Shown: in pieces, positions 63,414 through 64,000 of the stretch
Layout of the letters: each line of letters begins with the position of its first letter
Position numbering within the stretch: position 1 is the stretch's first letter
DNA from: Gemmatimonadota bacterium
Lineage (GTDB): Bacteria; Gemmatimonadota; Gemmatimonadetes; JACCXV01; JAHWKZ01
Length of the DNA stretch: 64,000 bases
Reading direction: 5' to 3'
NCBI GenBank assembly: GCA_036556305.1
Contig: DATBJO010000026.1
Coordinates: 23,427-87,426 of the forward strand
The notes under the pieces: model-generated
The model's input: the letters and a program-made list of their open reading frames with translations, nothing else
Database searches by the model: none
What the model was told of the DNA's origin: nothing
Position numbers and translations under genes: made by a program

Positions 63414-64000
63414 TCAGCCGACGCGCGGCCCCGCCTTCGCGATCTCGCTGGCCACGGTTCCGAACTTCTCGAAGTTCTTCCGGAACAGCACCGCCAGCTG
63501 GCTCGCCTTGGCGTCGTAGGCCGCTCCGTCCTCCCACGTCGAGCGCGGGTCGAGCACGCGATCGGGCACCCCCGGGACCCGTTTCGGGACGTCGACGCGG
63601 AACACCGGGTGGCGCGTGTACGAGACACGATCGAGCTCGCCGGCGATCGCCGCCGAGACCATCGCCCGGGTGTGCTTGAGGTCCATGCGGCGACCTTCGC
63701 CGTACGGCCCGCCGGTCCAGCCGGTGTTGACGAGCCACACCGCGGTGTCGTGCTGGTCGAGCCGCCTCCCGAGCTTCTCGGCGTAGCGCGACGGATGGAG
63801 GGGCAGAAACGGCGCGCCGAAGCATGCCGAGAAGGTCGCCTTGGGCTCGGTGACCCCGGCCTCGGTGCCGGCGACCTTCGCCGTGTACCCGGAGATGAAG
63901 TGGTACATCGCCTGGTCGCGGGAGAGCCGCGCGATGGGCGGCAGCACGCCGAACGCATCGGCGGTCAGGAACACGATCGTGCGCGGATGGCCGCCGATTC
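63414..64000 (-). CDS. pckA: Phosphoenolpyruvate carboxykinase (ATP), C-terminal part only. The gene continues beyond the right edge of the window.
   Basis: [15 protein letters not shown]....[36 protein letters not shown] is PckA C-terminal domain sequence. Confidence 0.85.
   Translation of the reverse strand, partial: IGGHPRTIVFLTADAFGVLPPIARLSRDQAMYHFISGYTAKVAGTEAGVTEPKATFSACFGAPFLPLHPSRYAEKLGRRLDQHDTAVWLVNTGWTGGPYGEGRRMDLKHTRAMVSAAIAGELDRVSYTRHPVFRVDVPKRVPGVPDRVLDPRSTWEDGAAYDAKASQLAVLFRKNFEKFGTVASEIAKAGPRVG

Noticed and set aside
1-64000. Looked for CRISPR arrays, IS elements, integrases, phage genes and rRNA or tRNA genes
   Set aside because: No short regularly spaced direct repeats. 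No transposase or integrase-like translations. No conserved rRNA blocks or foldable tRNA cloverleafs were found by eye. GC content is uniform apart from the 180-bp small ORF. The window looks like core chromosome rather than a mobile island.

Overview
High-GC (about 70%) chromosomal segment, apparently from a Gemmatimonadota-like bacterium, densely packed with about 60 genes. Many adjacent genes overlap by 4 nt (ATGA or GTGA). No rRNA, tRNA, CRISPR array, transposase or integrase was recognised. The content is largely housekeeping and cell-envelope biology. It includes a peptidoglycan recycling and remodelling set: murQ, anmK, a GH3 NagZ-like hexosaminidase, two MltD-like lytic transglycosylases with LysM domains, an Amidase_3 amidase, an M14 carboxypeptidase and a DUF1028 protein. 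There are secreted hydrolases: an M1 peptidase, a DUF5916/CBM9-like protein and a DUF1080 partial. Transporters include MATE, a sodium:solute symporter, MscS, a Ca2+/H+ exchanger and MgtC. Other features include a multicopper oxidase whose copper-binding motifs are in permuted order, a LytS/LytTR two-component pair, glyQS, purA, fabF, moeA, nrnA, cystathionine beta-synthase, psd and a partial pckA. The most unusual locus is at 48.1-49.5 kb. A ThiF/MoeB-family E1-like adenylyltransferase (48131..49153) is followed by a 59-codon ORF (49234..49413) that the ORF track does not list. This small ORF is AT-rich, starts with TTG, and is preceded by a near-consensus sigma70-like promoter (TAGACA-N16-TATAAT) and a strong Shine-Dalgarno sequence. 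It encodes a zinc-ribbon protein with two CPECG motifs and a polyacidic C-terminal tail, resembling LysW/ArgW amino-group carrier proteins. No ATP-grasp LysX-type ligase is present, and a perfect 20-bp palindrome sits in the 35-bp gap between the E1-like gene and divergent fabF. Further items are a tandem pair of about 55%-identical unknown-family paralogs (25545..26546), an antisense dodecin gene inserted between murQ and anmK, and terminator or attenuator-like hairpins. Most long ORFs in the six-frame track that lie antisense to these genes are high-GC artifacts.
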